This document shows positions 23,476 to 35,941 of a DNA stretch of 64,000 nucleotides, piece after piece. Below the pieces are notes generated by a model that saw only the letters and a program-made list of their open reading frames with translations, made no database searches and was not told the DNA's origin. The position numbers were made by a program, and so were the translations under genes. The stretch is taken from contig JBHGNT010000005.1 in the NCBI GenBank assembly GCA_043228905.1, forward strand, positions 13,950,001-14,014,000, given 5' to 3'. Positions within the stretch are counted from its first letter, which is position 1; each line of letters opens with the position of its first letter. This stretch comes from Azolla caroliniana (taxonomy: Eukaryota > Plantae > Polypodiophyta).

Positions 23476-26014
23476 GTGCATGCACACTCACTGAGCATTC
23501 ACTGTAGGAATGGGATATGGCAAAGGAGGAGCTCATGGCAAGACGGCATGATCGGGACCAACTGTCCCATCCCCCCGGGTCGCAATTTCACATACAACTT
23601 CCAGGTGAAGGACCAGATCGGATCCTACTCCTACTTCCCCAGTACCTCCCTGCATAAAGCTTCTGGTGGTTATGGCGGTTTCAAGGTCGACAACCGTGTT
23701 GTCATCTCGCTTCCTTATCCTGTGCCCCGTGCCGACGCATTCCTGCTCATCGGTGACTGGTATAATACCGATCATAAGGTGCGGTGCCTCCGTAACTTTC
23801 TTTTCTGTTTCTTTACATACTTTCTCCCTCACATACATTGTTGAAAGTTGGTCAGATCCAGATCTAGCTAGCTAGCATCCATGACCATAACGAACTAACT
23901 TACTAACTATATATATATATATATGCATCCAATGGCTCCAAAAACTGAAATTTAAGCACAGTTTGCCACCTAAAAACCTCATGAATGATTCACAGTATAT
24001 ATAGTACCTACTTAGAACATGAAAATGTATAATGGATTGAAAATCGGCTAATTCTAGAGGCTTCGAGCGAGGTTGAATTCCGGATTGACACTTGGAATGC
24101 CGGACGGAGTTGTGATCAATGGAAGAGCCCCATTTGGGACGAGCCTAACATTTGAGCCTGGCAGCACATACCGGTTGAGAATCGTGAACGTTGGAATATC
24201 TACATCATTGAACTTCCGGATCGAAGGGCACAAGATGATGTTGGTGGAGACGGAGGGCTCACACACAATCCAAAACTTGTATGACAACCTCGACGTGCAT
24301 GTTGGTCAATCCTACACAGTACTAGTGACTATGAATCAAGCACCACAAGATTACTACATTGTAGCAAGCACAAGGTTCACGACACCCACATTAAGTGGAG
24401 TCGCAATACTCCACTACTCCAACTCGAAGGCAGGGCCTGGAGTTTCGAGGCGACCGCTACCAGTGGGACCCACCATTGAGATTGATTATTCATTGAGCCA
24501 AGCTAGAAGTATCAGGTGGAATTTGACAGCCAATGCAGCCCGGCCAAATCCCCAGGGCTCATTTCACTATGGTTCAATCAATGTGACTCGGACGGTATTA
24601 GTGTACAGCTCGAGAGCCATGATAAATAAGAAGCTGCGTTATGCCGTAAATGGGTTGTCGTACGTGCAAGGTAGCACGCCATTGAAGCTAGCGGATTACT
24701 TCAACATTGGAGGAGTTTTTACGCTAGGATCAATGCCGGACAAACCCAAGCCTGGTGCCAACCGGGCTGCTGCACAACTTGCCACACCAGTACTCTCTGT
24801 TGACCATCGTGCTTTCATGGAGATTGTCTTTCAGAATACGGAGGAGGACAAGAACATCGTAAACTCGTGGCACCTCGATGGCTACTCCTTCTTCGTTGTG
24901 GGGTAATTAATTCACAAAAAAACTTAGTCACTCTATCATATTCAGAATATTATAACGAGATTGTTGGTTGGTAGCAGCCTGCTTTCTTGAGCTCGCTTTT
25001 CATTTAGGTTGCCATATTAATGTTCCGTGGTGGCGGAGGAAATAATGTCTGTAGTGAAATAAATGTTTAGGGTTCAATGAATGAATGAATGAATGAATGT
25101 AGGGTAGGGTGTCTTCTTCTTAGATTAGAGCCAGCCGTAAATCCCTCCTAAGCTCACCTTTTGCTTCAGGTATCTAGATATCTATGATTGCTACATGTAG
25201 TAGTACTATACATATGACTCACACCTTACATACATCATCCATCATACATAAGTTCCATCTTGCAACGTAAGCCAATAAATAAAGATTACATGACAGAGTA
25301 CTGGATCTTATGGATTCTATTCTCTATTTCATTTGTTTGCGCTGAGGCAGCTAGTGTAGTCACTAGTGTGGTTGAACTTGGTTCTTTGTGTCTGGTGAAT
25401 AGTGTTAAGCACCTCCACGTTGAAATTAGGTCTGCATGCTCACATGTATGTCATTACATCACCAGGCACTATATAATACAATATATATATATATATTACT
25501 TTTGTGCAGGATGGATGGTGGTGTGTGGACTCCAGATAATAGACGTCAGTACAATTTGGTGGATGCAATCTATAGATCAACAGTACAAGTAAATATATAT
25601 AACCCTTCTTCTTCATTTACCCTTCAACAACACTCTGAAAATAAATAAAGTACATGTGCAAATCATGTTTAAGTCAATTGTGGGCAAAAAGAAAGGAATG
25701 AATGATGTTGTGCTGGGTTGATTTCACATGAGTGACTCGTGAGGGAGGGAGGGAGAGAGTGAGTAGTGTATGTCTATGTTTATGTAAATATGTTTTTGTT
25801 TATGTAGGTGTACCCCAAGTCTTGGACGGCCGTGTTGTTGGAGCTGGATAACGTGGGCATGTGGAACGTCCGGAGTCAACTGTGGGAGCGGCAGTTCTTG
25901 GGCCAACAGTTCTACATGCGTGTCTTTAGTCCACAACTCTCATTCCGGAATGAAGCCCCAATTCCCTCCAATGTCCTTTTCTGTGGTCGAGCAGTGCGTC
26001 CGCCTCCATCATGA
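22344..26014 (+). CDS. SKS: SKU5-similar (SKS) / L-ascorbate oxidase homolog, multicopper oxidase-like protein, 6 exons, about 569 aa
   Basis: Exons 22344-22541, 22870-22979, 23508-23778, 24058-24902, 25510-25588, 25808-26014. All introns are GT-AG and phase-consistent (1710 nt total). N-terminal hydrophobic signal; motifs INGKFPGP, LITWNGIWQRRSSWQDG, QVKDQIGS, ARPNPQGSFHYG, SWHLDGYSFFVVG, LDNVGMWNVRSQ. Confidence 0.95.
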
Positions 26015-28039
26015 TAGATAGAAAGATAGATTCATTATCATGACAACGATCCGCCACCTATATCTATCTATATAAACATAAACATAAACCCTCCTCCTCT
26101 TGACTCCTGAGTCCTCCTCAATAATATATAATATATTGTATATTCTTAATAAATAAAGTTCAATTAGTTAGTTAGTCAGATAACACATATAAAACTCATC
26201 TCATCACCTCAAAATAAAAGAAGCTGGAATATGCTCATATTCTTTTCTTGCATTGATCTTCTCTTACGACCACCAACATGTTCAACCTTTATTATTCTTC
26301 CTTCACTTTATGAGCATTTACTTTTAATTCTTTCATAACCTGCCTATACTTGTTTACCACGTGTACTCTACTCTTTCAAACAATATAATCCAGTCAATAT
26401 CTTCTGTCGATTATAATACATACGTACTTTATAACTAGTCAATAATGGATATTCTCTCTTAAACCTAAATTTGTCCTAAAGAAATTGTAATACTATAAAT
26501 TATACGCCTAACTTAATCAATATAAACCGTCAAGGAACATCACTTAACCCCCACCTTTAATCTCCATGAAACCAATACAAACGTAACCACACATCCAGGT
26601 TCCTATTTCTATTGGTGGAGGCCTTATAATGTCAATACACATCTTGTATATGATGTTGATTCATCCTTGGAGATATGTTATACATCAAGAAAGTGAAAGA
26701 GTGGTTACAAGTGCCCTAGATTTATTTAAGTCATTGGATCAAAATCCTTTTTCTTTAAAAGATGCTTAGTTCTTGTTGAATCTTGAAGTTCACTCATATA
26801 TTATCCTTCCTCACGCTTAAGACAATCAAATGTAATACAAAGATTGAATAACTCATCAACAAAAGAGTTCGAAAATGTGTCAAGTTGTTTTCTTGCCAAT
26901 AAGATATGAATACACAACTACAACCCTTTAGTATTATGATGGGAATGGAGAGGCTACAGAAAGATACACTTGATACTAAGGAAAATGTATCACCCTACGT
27001 CTTGTGCCATTGGAACCATTCTATGTATCAATTATGATATAGGCACTCGGTGACTAGGAGCTCTAATGCCATTGGTTCAATTAACTTATAACCCACAATT
27101 TTAAGCACCCAATTATTAATAGAATCTTTCCCCTTCAATATTCTAGACTCAACAACTTGATACATTAATAGGGATTTCATCAAAGACTAACCTATTTAGG
27201 TGTCGAGAAACATCATAAAGTTTTCAACTTCATTACTAGTAAACAAAGGGATGTAATACCAAAACATTGTAAAGGGCAAGCAAATTTAATCAATGTAAGA
27301 AAGATAAGGTTGATTAAAACTTAACACCCATCTCTACCATTGAGCAATAGACCCCATCAAGTAAATCGTATGCTCCCCATAGTCTGCTATAATTCATTGA
27401 TATAGGTTGAATGAGATCCACGCCAAGTTAAATGTTCATTGGGTGGTGGTGGCCAAGTTCATCTAACCAAGAATCTCTTTTTATAGATATGCTACACCCA
27501 AAGATCATTTGGTAGAAAATAAAATTATCCAAACTCCTATTAATTAAGATAGTGCAAAGCTCAAATTATCCATGGAGCCTAATATGGAAACATACATCAA
27601 TGAAAATGGCAAGGGATCAAGGTCCCTTGATCAAAAGTGATATTCAACTTCTCAAATTGATTAGCAAGGAATCACGATGTTACACAATGGATAACTTCAT
27701 GCATGATAAATATCCTATGGCTATAAAAAATTAAGAGACTATGTTTGTAGTTCCCATGCAATATATGACGTGTGTGTGTATATTTGTATGCGCACCCACC
27801 ACTTGTGTAATCACACATATATTGGACAATTGAGCCACACATATGCGTCCACTAGTTGTGGAATCACACACATGTTGGACAATTGAGCTTGATATCTCAA
27901 GATAAATGCAAGTTATGGTGCATCAGCATTTTGCCAAAAGTTTCGTAATACCTCCACTAAAAATAACAAAAGATAATAATTAGAAATAAATAAGGAAAAC
28001 AACAAAAACAAGTAATCACTCCTAGAATTTCAGTCACAT

Positions 28040-28079
<40 letters not shown>

Positions 28080-29059
28080 GACTAGTGTAAAAACACAATT
28101 ATATTCATAAATGTGTATGAAAAACACTACAATGGTACCACGATTAGTGACAATGTGTGAAGTGCAAAAGCCACTATCTTGATGTGAAGTAACAATGTGA
28201 CAAAATTTGCCAAACCTGAGTATTTAACACCAAATTTGATGAGAAATTAGACATGGTATGGAAAAATGATGCTATATTCCACTTGAATAATGTAAAAGCA
28301 GCAATTTCATTTTGCTAGTCCACATTTCTTTAGAAGTAATCTCTAATGTAAGCCCCCCATCAAACTCTCCAAATGCAAAACTTTGGTATAACTAGCAATT
28401 TAAAATTCCGACTATGTTCTATGATCTCTCATTATATCCATAATTAGAGTAAACTCCCTTTGATTCGTTTTGAGCGTTCCAGGATGGCCATCAAAGAGAG
28501 TCAATGGAGACATGGTACAAGATATTAGTAATCACTTGAAAAATGGTGTTTGCACTCATAAACACCAATCAACCCTCAATTGCTCTTCTGTCATAAAGGT
28601 AATTGAGCCTCAGGGTGTTGCCATGGTCATTCATTGTACAGATAAGGAACACAATTTATTATTTCTTCATGGTTGTTAAAACAATTGTGTTATCACAATT
28701 TCCTTATTCTTGAGACATTTCTCACATATCTAGAATGAGTACAAACATGAGATTTTTGTCGAATGATGTTTGTCAAAGTTTGTCCATCACTATTATGTTT
28801 CTAAGCATGAGTCATTAAATTTTGTCAATAATTTGTTTTAGAAATCTCCTTGCTATAGACATGGCTTGTGATACTACATCAATCATGTCAACTCCCACAT
28901 CCAAATTCCACTACGATTACTATTGACCCATATTTGAACCAAATACAACATGCCCTCAATTCTACCTTGACGACAATTTCGTAGATTCGGAAATTTCATG
29001 AGGCTCTTGAGTCCTACATGTTTAATATACACAAGAATTATTCAATGAAAGAGGACAAA

Positions 29060-29612
29060 CATGATGAACTATCCTTTATCATGAAACCTTACATAGGTGA
29101 TAAGAAGGAAATGACCAACGACGCTATTAGTACGTAGCTTGCCCATTGGGAGTCTCATTTCAAGCTCCACCCCAAGCTACATCATACCAAGATTGCCTAG
29201 ATGTGAATCGTCAACTTAGGGATAAAGCTTCGGCTTGGTCGTGTGGGCTTCACAATGCCGAAAATTACCTGGGAGAACTTCGTCGACATGTTTAAGAAAT
29301 AGTTTCTCCAACCTGTCGTTGAGACTAAAGCAACACTAAACCTACTTATCCTTTCTAGCCAGAAAGTTTATTCTTTTGAAGGTTACGTTCATTATGTTAG
29401 GATCCAGTTCCATAAATGGTGCCTCGATGGTGACAAGTGGTTTATCTTTTGCTTGCTACATGTTGTTCCTAACTCCAATTATTACTAGATACTCCATTAT
29501 AAGGTTCCTCACGAGCTTGAGGAAGCAATAGACATTTTACATCATTATGATTGTTACACATCAAAGAAAGACTATTAAAAGCCTCAAGCTTCTACTCCTA
29601 ATTAGTCACAAT
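29060..29612 (+). mobile_element. Highly degenerate gag fragment of the element F family
   Basis: TGGGAGTCTCATTT (WESHF), TAAGAAGGAAA and CAATTTGTTGG are colinear with F gag at about 11200-11735; many stops. Confidence 0.7.
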
Positions 29613-30329
29613 TTGTTGGAAATGTTAGCACTATGTGTGTGCTTTAGCCGGCTAGTGTGAGATGATGAACCGGCTAGTTGCAGAATAGCAACTACGATCT
29701 TTATGTATGGATCAAGCAAACATTATGACAAGTGAGAAGCAATCTAATATATTGTGCAACACAGATATTGAGCAAGACAATGATAGTTACATAGAGAGAT
29801 AGTTTTTACTCAAGAGACAATTTTGCATTACGAATCCTACCAGAACCCTTTTCAAGACTCAGTCTCTCACTTTTATAATTAGGGTAACTAAGCCCTAATT
29901 AGAGTACATATTTGGATAGAGTGGGACTTTTAGCCCAAAAAACCCCCCCCGTAAAAGGACGACTCTAATTGTTTACAATGAAATGGGGTTATCTCCCCCA
30001 TATGCTTAAATCACAATTTAAATTTAAACTACAATTAGAATTTACAAGCCGGATCGGCAGTGGTAGAGCCGTATTAGTTGTCGAATCAGTTATTAGAGAA
30101 GTTGGCTTTCAACCCATTTGCCATCAACTTCTTTTGTTGACTGGTCCTCGTTCCTTCTTCCGAATCGGCGATCGGCTTCCAGCTCTTTCCGCCCTTCGAT
30201 CGTCTCGCAACCTTTCAGCTTTCTTAGAATTAGTGGCCTCCACAGCCTTTCGGTTGTTTGGCTCATCAACTTTGTCATTTCGGCTCATTTAGCCCCTTCC
30301 AATTTATGACTCCCCTGCTACTCCTTCAA

Positions 30330-31213
30330 ATTCGGCTCCTCTTTGCTCCTCAACTTGCAGTAATGCCATTTTTCTACTTAGTGTACCAAAGCGACTAATC
30401 TAGGAGTGGCTTTGTCAAGCTGTTAGCGATGTTCACCTCCATATCCACTTTCCAAACTTCAGTGATGAGCTCCTGGATGTGATGATATCTCATCTCAATG
30501 TGTTCTATCTACACATGATATACTAGGTTCCGAATGAGATGGATTGCGCTCTATGAGTTGCAATACATGGTTGGTTTTGGATGGTCGATTCGGTTTTTTT
30601 GCCAAAACATCGGTCAACAGCCATGGCAGGCAAATTATTTGTTTGGCTGCCTTTGACGCGGCTATGTACTCAACCTCTGTCGTGGAGAGTGTCGTGTATT
30701 CTTGTAGCTGCGATCTCAATGAGATAGCTCCACCTACATACGTGAAGACATAACCTGATGTCGATTTCCGATTGTCAGGGTTCCTAGGATAATCTGAATC
30801 GTTAATGCCTTTGACTTCAGTCTGTTGATCTGATCGTAAAGTCAGATGTAGATCCTGAGTGCTTCGAAGGTACCGGAAGATGTGTTTTACAGCTTCCCAG
30901 TGCTTCTTTCTCGGATTAGACATGTACCAGCGGCTGGCTCCTATGACGTAGGCAAGGTCGGACCAGGTGGCCACCATCGTGTACATGAGACTTCCTATAG
31001 TTGATCCATAGGGAATTCGTTGCATGAGCTCTCTCTCTCCCTCCATGGAAGGACATTCCCAGTTTGATAGTCTCATCGACGACATGAGCAGTGTTGGTGC
31101 CAACTTCGGTTTGTTCATATCGCTTTAGCACTTTCCAGATGTAGTTAGATTGGGAGAGCCGGAGGGTGTTCTTTTTCCAATTTTGTTCTATCCGCATACC
31201 CAATATGTGTCGG
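30330..31213 (-). mobile_element. Element H (old Tork-like Copia): RT C-terminus and RNase H, 3' portion after the insertion of A
   Basis: ORFs 30916..31203 and 30495..31118 contain ILGMRI, PYGSTIGSLMY, RKSTSGY and LSTTEVEY. Confidence 0.85.
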
Positions 31214-31813
31214 TGTTAACCGTTTCTGGGGAAACACCTTCGATGAGCCCACAGGCTATCGGTGTCAAGGGATTGTGTTACGTGGGAGCCTCTTCTATAG
31301 GGGGGGGCTACAACCCGTTAGGCATAATTCGTAGCTTGATTTACAAGTACGGGGAGAATACATAGATAGAATATTAGAAAATGAAACTTATATTAAACGA
31401 TAGAGCTCCCAGTGATTACAGTACTCGGCTCTCAGCCGGAAACAGTTAGTACACAGCTTGCTGCTACGATATTACTCTCGCTAAGAATGATCTAGGTAAT
31501 TCCCCCCTTGAGGTATGCATAACTTGGGTTATATAGTTTTCCCCTTCAGACACAGTCGAGCCATCGGTTGATTGTGAGGGCTAAAACACGGCTATTTCTA
31601 GTCTTACCTATTTCCTCACCTACTCTTCTACCTAACGGCGAGTTTACATAATATATTCATATTTCTAGCCTATGGACAACACCTGGCACGCCTGTGGGAC
31701 AGGACTTTGTCCGTCGGACCCACGGTTCACAATGTGGAGGAGTAACCATGGATTTGGCAAAACACTACAATTTACAAAAATTGCTCGTTCATACGAGGGC
31801 TTATAGGGTTGTT

Positions 31814-34800
31814 TTATTCCTCTTCCAATATACCGAGGATATCCTTAGGGGCATGGGGGTAGTTTGGCTGCTCGGAAGGTGGGGTTGGTGATGCAGGTTT
31901 TGTTGCCGAGTCGGGGATGGTTGTGTCGTCGTGTGCGCCCTCCTTTGTTGGGACCGATTTAGGCAGGGTCGTGGTTGTAGTCTGTGGATTGGGTGGGATG
32001 TCGAGGTTTGTAAGGGCAGGTTCCTCTGGTTGAGCTGCCATGGTGGGTGGCTCGGGTGGGATGTGGAGGTCTATGGGGGCAGGTTCCTCCGGTCTAGCTG
32101 CCGTGGTGGGTGGCTCAGGTCCTTGCTCGTTGGTTGTGGGAGCTCTGTTAATCCTGGTAGCGAGTCGTTCCTCCTCATACGCTTCGGCTTCTAAGCGAAA
32201 CACCATTAGATCGTCGTTGAATTCCTCTAAAAGTTGCTCGATGGCCGTGGTGTGGGATGCTACCAAGGTATGATATTCCTCAGTTAAGTCTTCACGGAGG
32301 GTCTGGATGCTGGTGTCATCCATCTTGTAAAACCCTCGGCCCTCCTTTTGTCGGTTCTCGGCATCCGCGCGTAGTATGTGTAGGTCTGCGGCTTGGGCTG
32401 ACCACCCTTGCTAGACATGGTCAACTGTGTCTTTGATCTTCGTGGTGAATTGCTGGCGATACTTGTTGATTAGGATCTTGATTTTAGTATCGTCCATGCC
32501 GATGCTAGCACGGTGAACTTCCATTCAGCCTCCCTTGCGGCCTTGGCTTCTGCTTGGCTTTTGCGGACGAGGAGGGCTAAAGTAGCTTGATTATCTTTTA
32601 CTTTTTCGGTGATGAGCGCGATTGTCTGCTCATAACGTGTGGTGAGTTGAGCAACAATTTCATCCATGTCCTATCGCCAAGCGTCCCGATGTTGTTCTTT
32701 GGCGGCGATGTGCTCAGTTTGCAACTAGTGATACACATTGGAAATTTTTGCCCTTTGCTCTTCCGAGATCCTCCACTTCTGCATATGTTCGTTGGCCATG
32801 TCTTGTAAGGCCCTTAGATGGCATCGTAATTCCTAGTTGTCTACGAAGAGCTCTTGTTCCCATTGGCTATTCCGCTCTACTTCTTTGATGAAACGTTCTT
32901 TGGCCTTAGTGATAGAGACCTGAAGGGTCATCACCTCTCTTTCTCGTTCTTCAAGTGCGGCCGACTTTTCAGCAAGCAGTCGCTTGAGGTGAGCTTCGCG
33001 GCTTGCGGCTTGTTCCCGTAGCTGGCCAAAAATGTTGTGGTGGTTCTGTTCTGCCAACTCGGCCAAAGCGATCTGGGCCTTAAGCTCCTCCTGGTAGTCT
33101 CGAAGGGGAGGCCCTGTCTGGGTTGCCGCTTGCTAGATTCGGGGAGAGGGTTCCCTTTCTGTCTGTGTAAATCGTTCCATGACGACTGGGGGTGGTGGCG
33201 TTTGCGTGGAGGCGTGGCTGGTTTGGGGGTGCGGGCTGATATCTGCCCGTGACGAGGGCTCGCTTGTCTGTACCAAGTCCATCATTGTGTTGGCATCGAC
33301 CGTGGCTACCCTAGGGTGAGCAGTATCGTCTTTGTATGATTCGGTACCTATAGCACTCAGGCTTGGGTTCATAAGAGTGGCTAGTGAGACAACTTCACTC
33401 GGCGCAGGGAGGCTTAGGGGCGGTTGTTCTGGATGTTGCTGCTTGAATGTCGCCAGTTTCTCCTCGACGGCTTGCCATAGCTCGGTAGCCTGTTTGGTTT
33501 GCTGATGCGTCGTTTTGATACATCGTGCCATGTCCTTGGCTGCCCGAGTAGTGTGGTGCAGATTGTGATATGCCTCGACTAAGGCCATGTTCAGATCTGG
33601 TAGTTCCATGAGGACTGAAGCATTCTGTACTTGCTTCTTCCATCCTATCTTCTGTAAGGCTCGATCCTCGTGAGGTTCGATTTCTCCCATTAGAGCGCAT
33701 TGGATCATCTTTGTTTCGGCGTGCTCCTCGACCATAGGAGCGGCGACAGCTACTTGGGCGCGCACCAGGAAATCCATTAACTCATATGTTGTGCCCAATC
33801 GTAGTAGTGCACTGAACTCGTATGCCTTCGCGGGGAGATCTTTGTAACCGAGGACTTCCTCCTCTGATATTTGTGTGGTTTGTCCATGCTTGATCGTACC
33901 GACTTGGAGCCATGACTCCGCTGGTACCATGTCCGTGAAGGTTGGGCTGGCCTCTTTTGATTTTTGATGATGGTCGCCCTCAGTTCCTATGGGTGACTCC
34001 CGAATGATGCGGCGTCGTTTTGGTGGCTGATCCTATGCGTCCGGGGCCGGTGGTGTTGGCTCCTCGACCTATTTCCTCATTTGTTGTCGTATGGTGGAGG
34101 GCTGCTGGCTTGTGGGCTGTGGGCTCGGTCATGGAGAGGTCATTGATGTCCTTGGCGTTTTTTGGCGTATGGTGACATCCTCGGTGATGGGCTCCTCGGC
34201 CTCGTCCCATTCGACACGGGTCGTTGTTAACGCCCGTTGTTTCTATGGTTTTGGTGGGGGTGGTGCCGAGGCGGAAGTAGGGTTCTGAACGGCTAAGGGA
34301 GGTGGAGAAGGCGAGGGGTCTTCCCATTCTTCCTGGGTTAATGCCAAGATCTTCTCCCGTTGTTTCCTTGGTGGTGGTGGAGAGGTCGGGATGCAACGAG
34401 GGGAAACCAAAGGAGGTGGGTAGAGGACTGTGAGGAAGTGATTGATCACAGGAAACAAACGCTTACCGGTTTGGAAGGATTCGAGCACCGCATGGACTCC
34501 TTCGCCGGTGATGATTCCCCAATCAATTTTGTTACCTTCATACGCCTGGATGATGATAGTAGCTTTGTTCTTGGACATACTCGTGGGATTGGTATGCACA
34601 AAGGTGTATTCCATTAAAATCCAAGTGATTTCCCCAAAACCTTTGTTTGGCCCTCCATAAGTGCGGTAAGCTTTACCCGACATCGAATACATCCCAAAAT
34701 ATTCCTTGATGATCGAGTGGGGAGGAATTTCAACCTCATGGTCTCCGCTCCGCGCAAGGTCGAGAGCCGTGCGAATCATGTTGTTGGATACTGTGTCAGG

Positions 34801-35192
34801 GTGTATTCTATGTGCTATCGTTGGGGCGTTAGGGTGCGTTGGGGTGTCGATAACCCGCAAGTAGCCACCCAGTCCCCGTTGTTGTAGCCAAGAACGGGTT
34901 TCTGGTGATGCAGTGAGAGGCATGGTGGATGCGGAGGTTTGTTGGCAGGAGGCATGGGGGGAAGCGATGAGATGAGGGCGAGATAGAGAGTTGGGGGATC
35001 GTTGTTGGTTTGTGCAAGGGCTACGAGGGCAAGAGGTAGGAGTCCGTTTGTAGGGGCGGAGTTTGAAGACGGTGAAGGCAAGAACGAGTCTGAGTGGGTG
35101 GGTGCGTTGTGTGTGGGGTAGTTTCTTTTATGAGACTGCCTAGGGTTTTGTGCAGGGAGAAGATCTTTCAGATTCCTAGTGGTGGCTGCCAT
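31814..35192 (-). pseudogene. Extra (env-like/accessory) ORF of element A downstream of pol, fragmented, originally roughly 1000 aa
   Basis: ORF pieces 34243..34923, 33133..33930, 32833..33066, 32470..32667 and 31814..32323 are homologous in order to B 60960-63289 (EIPP..YFG.YS..KAYRT, EG..DWG.ITG, coiled coil, RAD.EN..K.G..YK). Confidence 0.75.
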
Positions 35193-35941
35193 AATAAGGT
35201 TGTAAACGATCACTTGCGGAAGCATTAGACAATAGAGAAAGTAGAGAATACACAGAGTACACGGGAGAGACAGAGAGAGCAGAACCTCAAAGCTATATTC
35301 AAAAATATATAAAAACACTCTGTACCTACAATTGTGCTCAGTAGCACTATTTATACAAGTCCTCGTGGGACTGACACAAGTACCGCGTACTTTAATGCTC
35401 ACACGAGCTTCTGACACTTACTACGAGACTATATTGCCTAGTAGTCTAAACTAATAATAGGCTTCCAGTTACCGATTGGATCCGGCTAACCAGCTCCCCA
35501 GCTCACCGGCTCTGTTGCTTGCCGGCTCGGTTGCTCACGGCTTACCAATCAGTCTCACTTGCCGGCTCAGGCTTATCCAGCCGATCCAGCTCCAGTTGAG
35601 CTTGCCGCTCAACACTCCCCCTCAAGCTTAACTTGAGGTTGGATCGTAGTGTCAGCCTCTATGGCAGTCGGTTCTTCCAACCGACTTCTTCTGGCATCGC
35701 TCTGCCTTGCTTGCGGTTCTCGACCTTCTTGGTCGGTATGTCTCCTCAATAGGCCCCTCTCAGCTCCTTTGCTGCTATGACTACGACGCTTATCGATCCG
35801 TTGGTTCCTCTGCGATGGCATCGACTTTCGCTGCATCCGTGTCTGCTTGGCCTTGAATTGATCTGGTTCTTCCGAATCTGTCTGTTGAACCGAATCGACT
35901 GTCTCCGATTCGTTCCAGCTCTTGTCTGAATCGGTTGCTCC

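Noticed and set aside
27785-27890. ~55-bp tandem duplication ending TTGGACAATTGAGC
   Set aside because: Only two diverged copies, with no further structure or context.
28250-28900. Possible decayed PIF/Harbinger transposase on the minus strand (HGNTLR-like and DGxH-like traces)
   Set aside because: Too degenerate to support by eye and no terminal repeats were found; needs a translated search.
29614-29950. Candidate 3' LTR of Copia H with an adjacent C-run as PPT
   Set aside because: No partner LTR or TSD is visible, and the boundaries are ambiguous.
31682-31727. A genuine tRNA gene
   Set aside because: Only the T-arm and acceptor 3' strand are present, with an insertion and an encoded CCA. 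No D-arm or anticodon arm is seen, and the position is fixed relative to the LTR.
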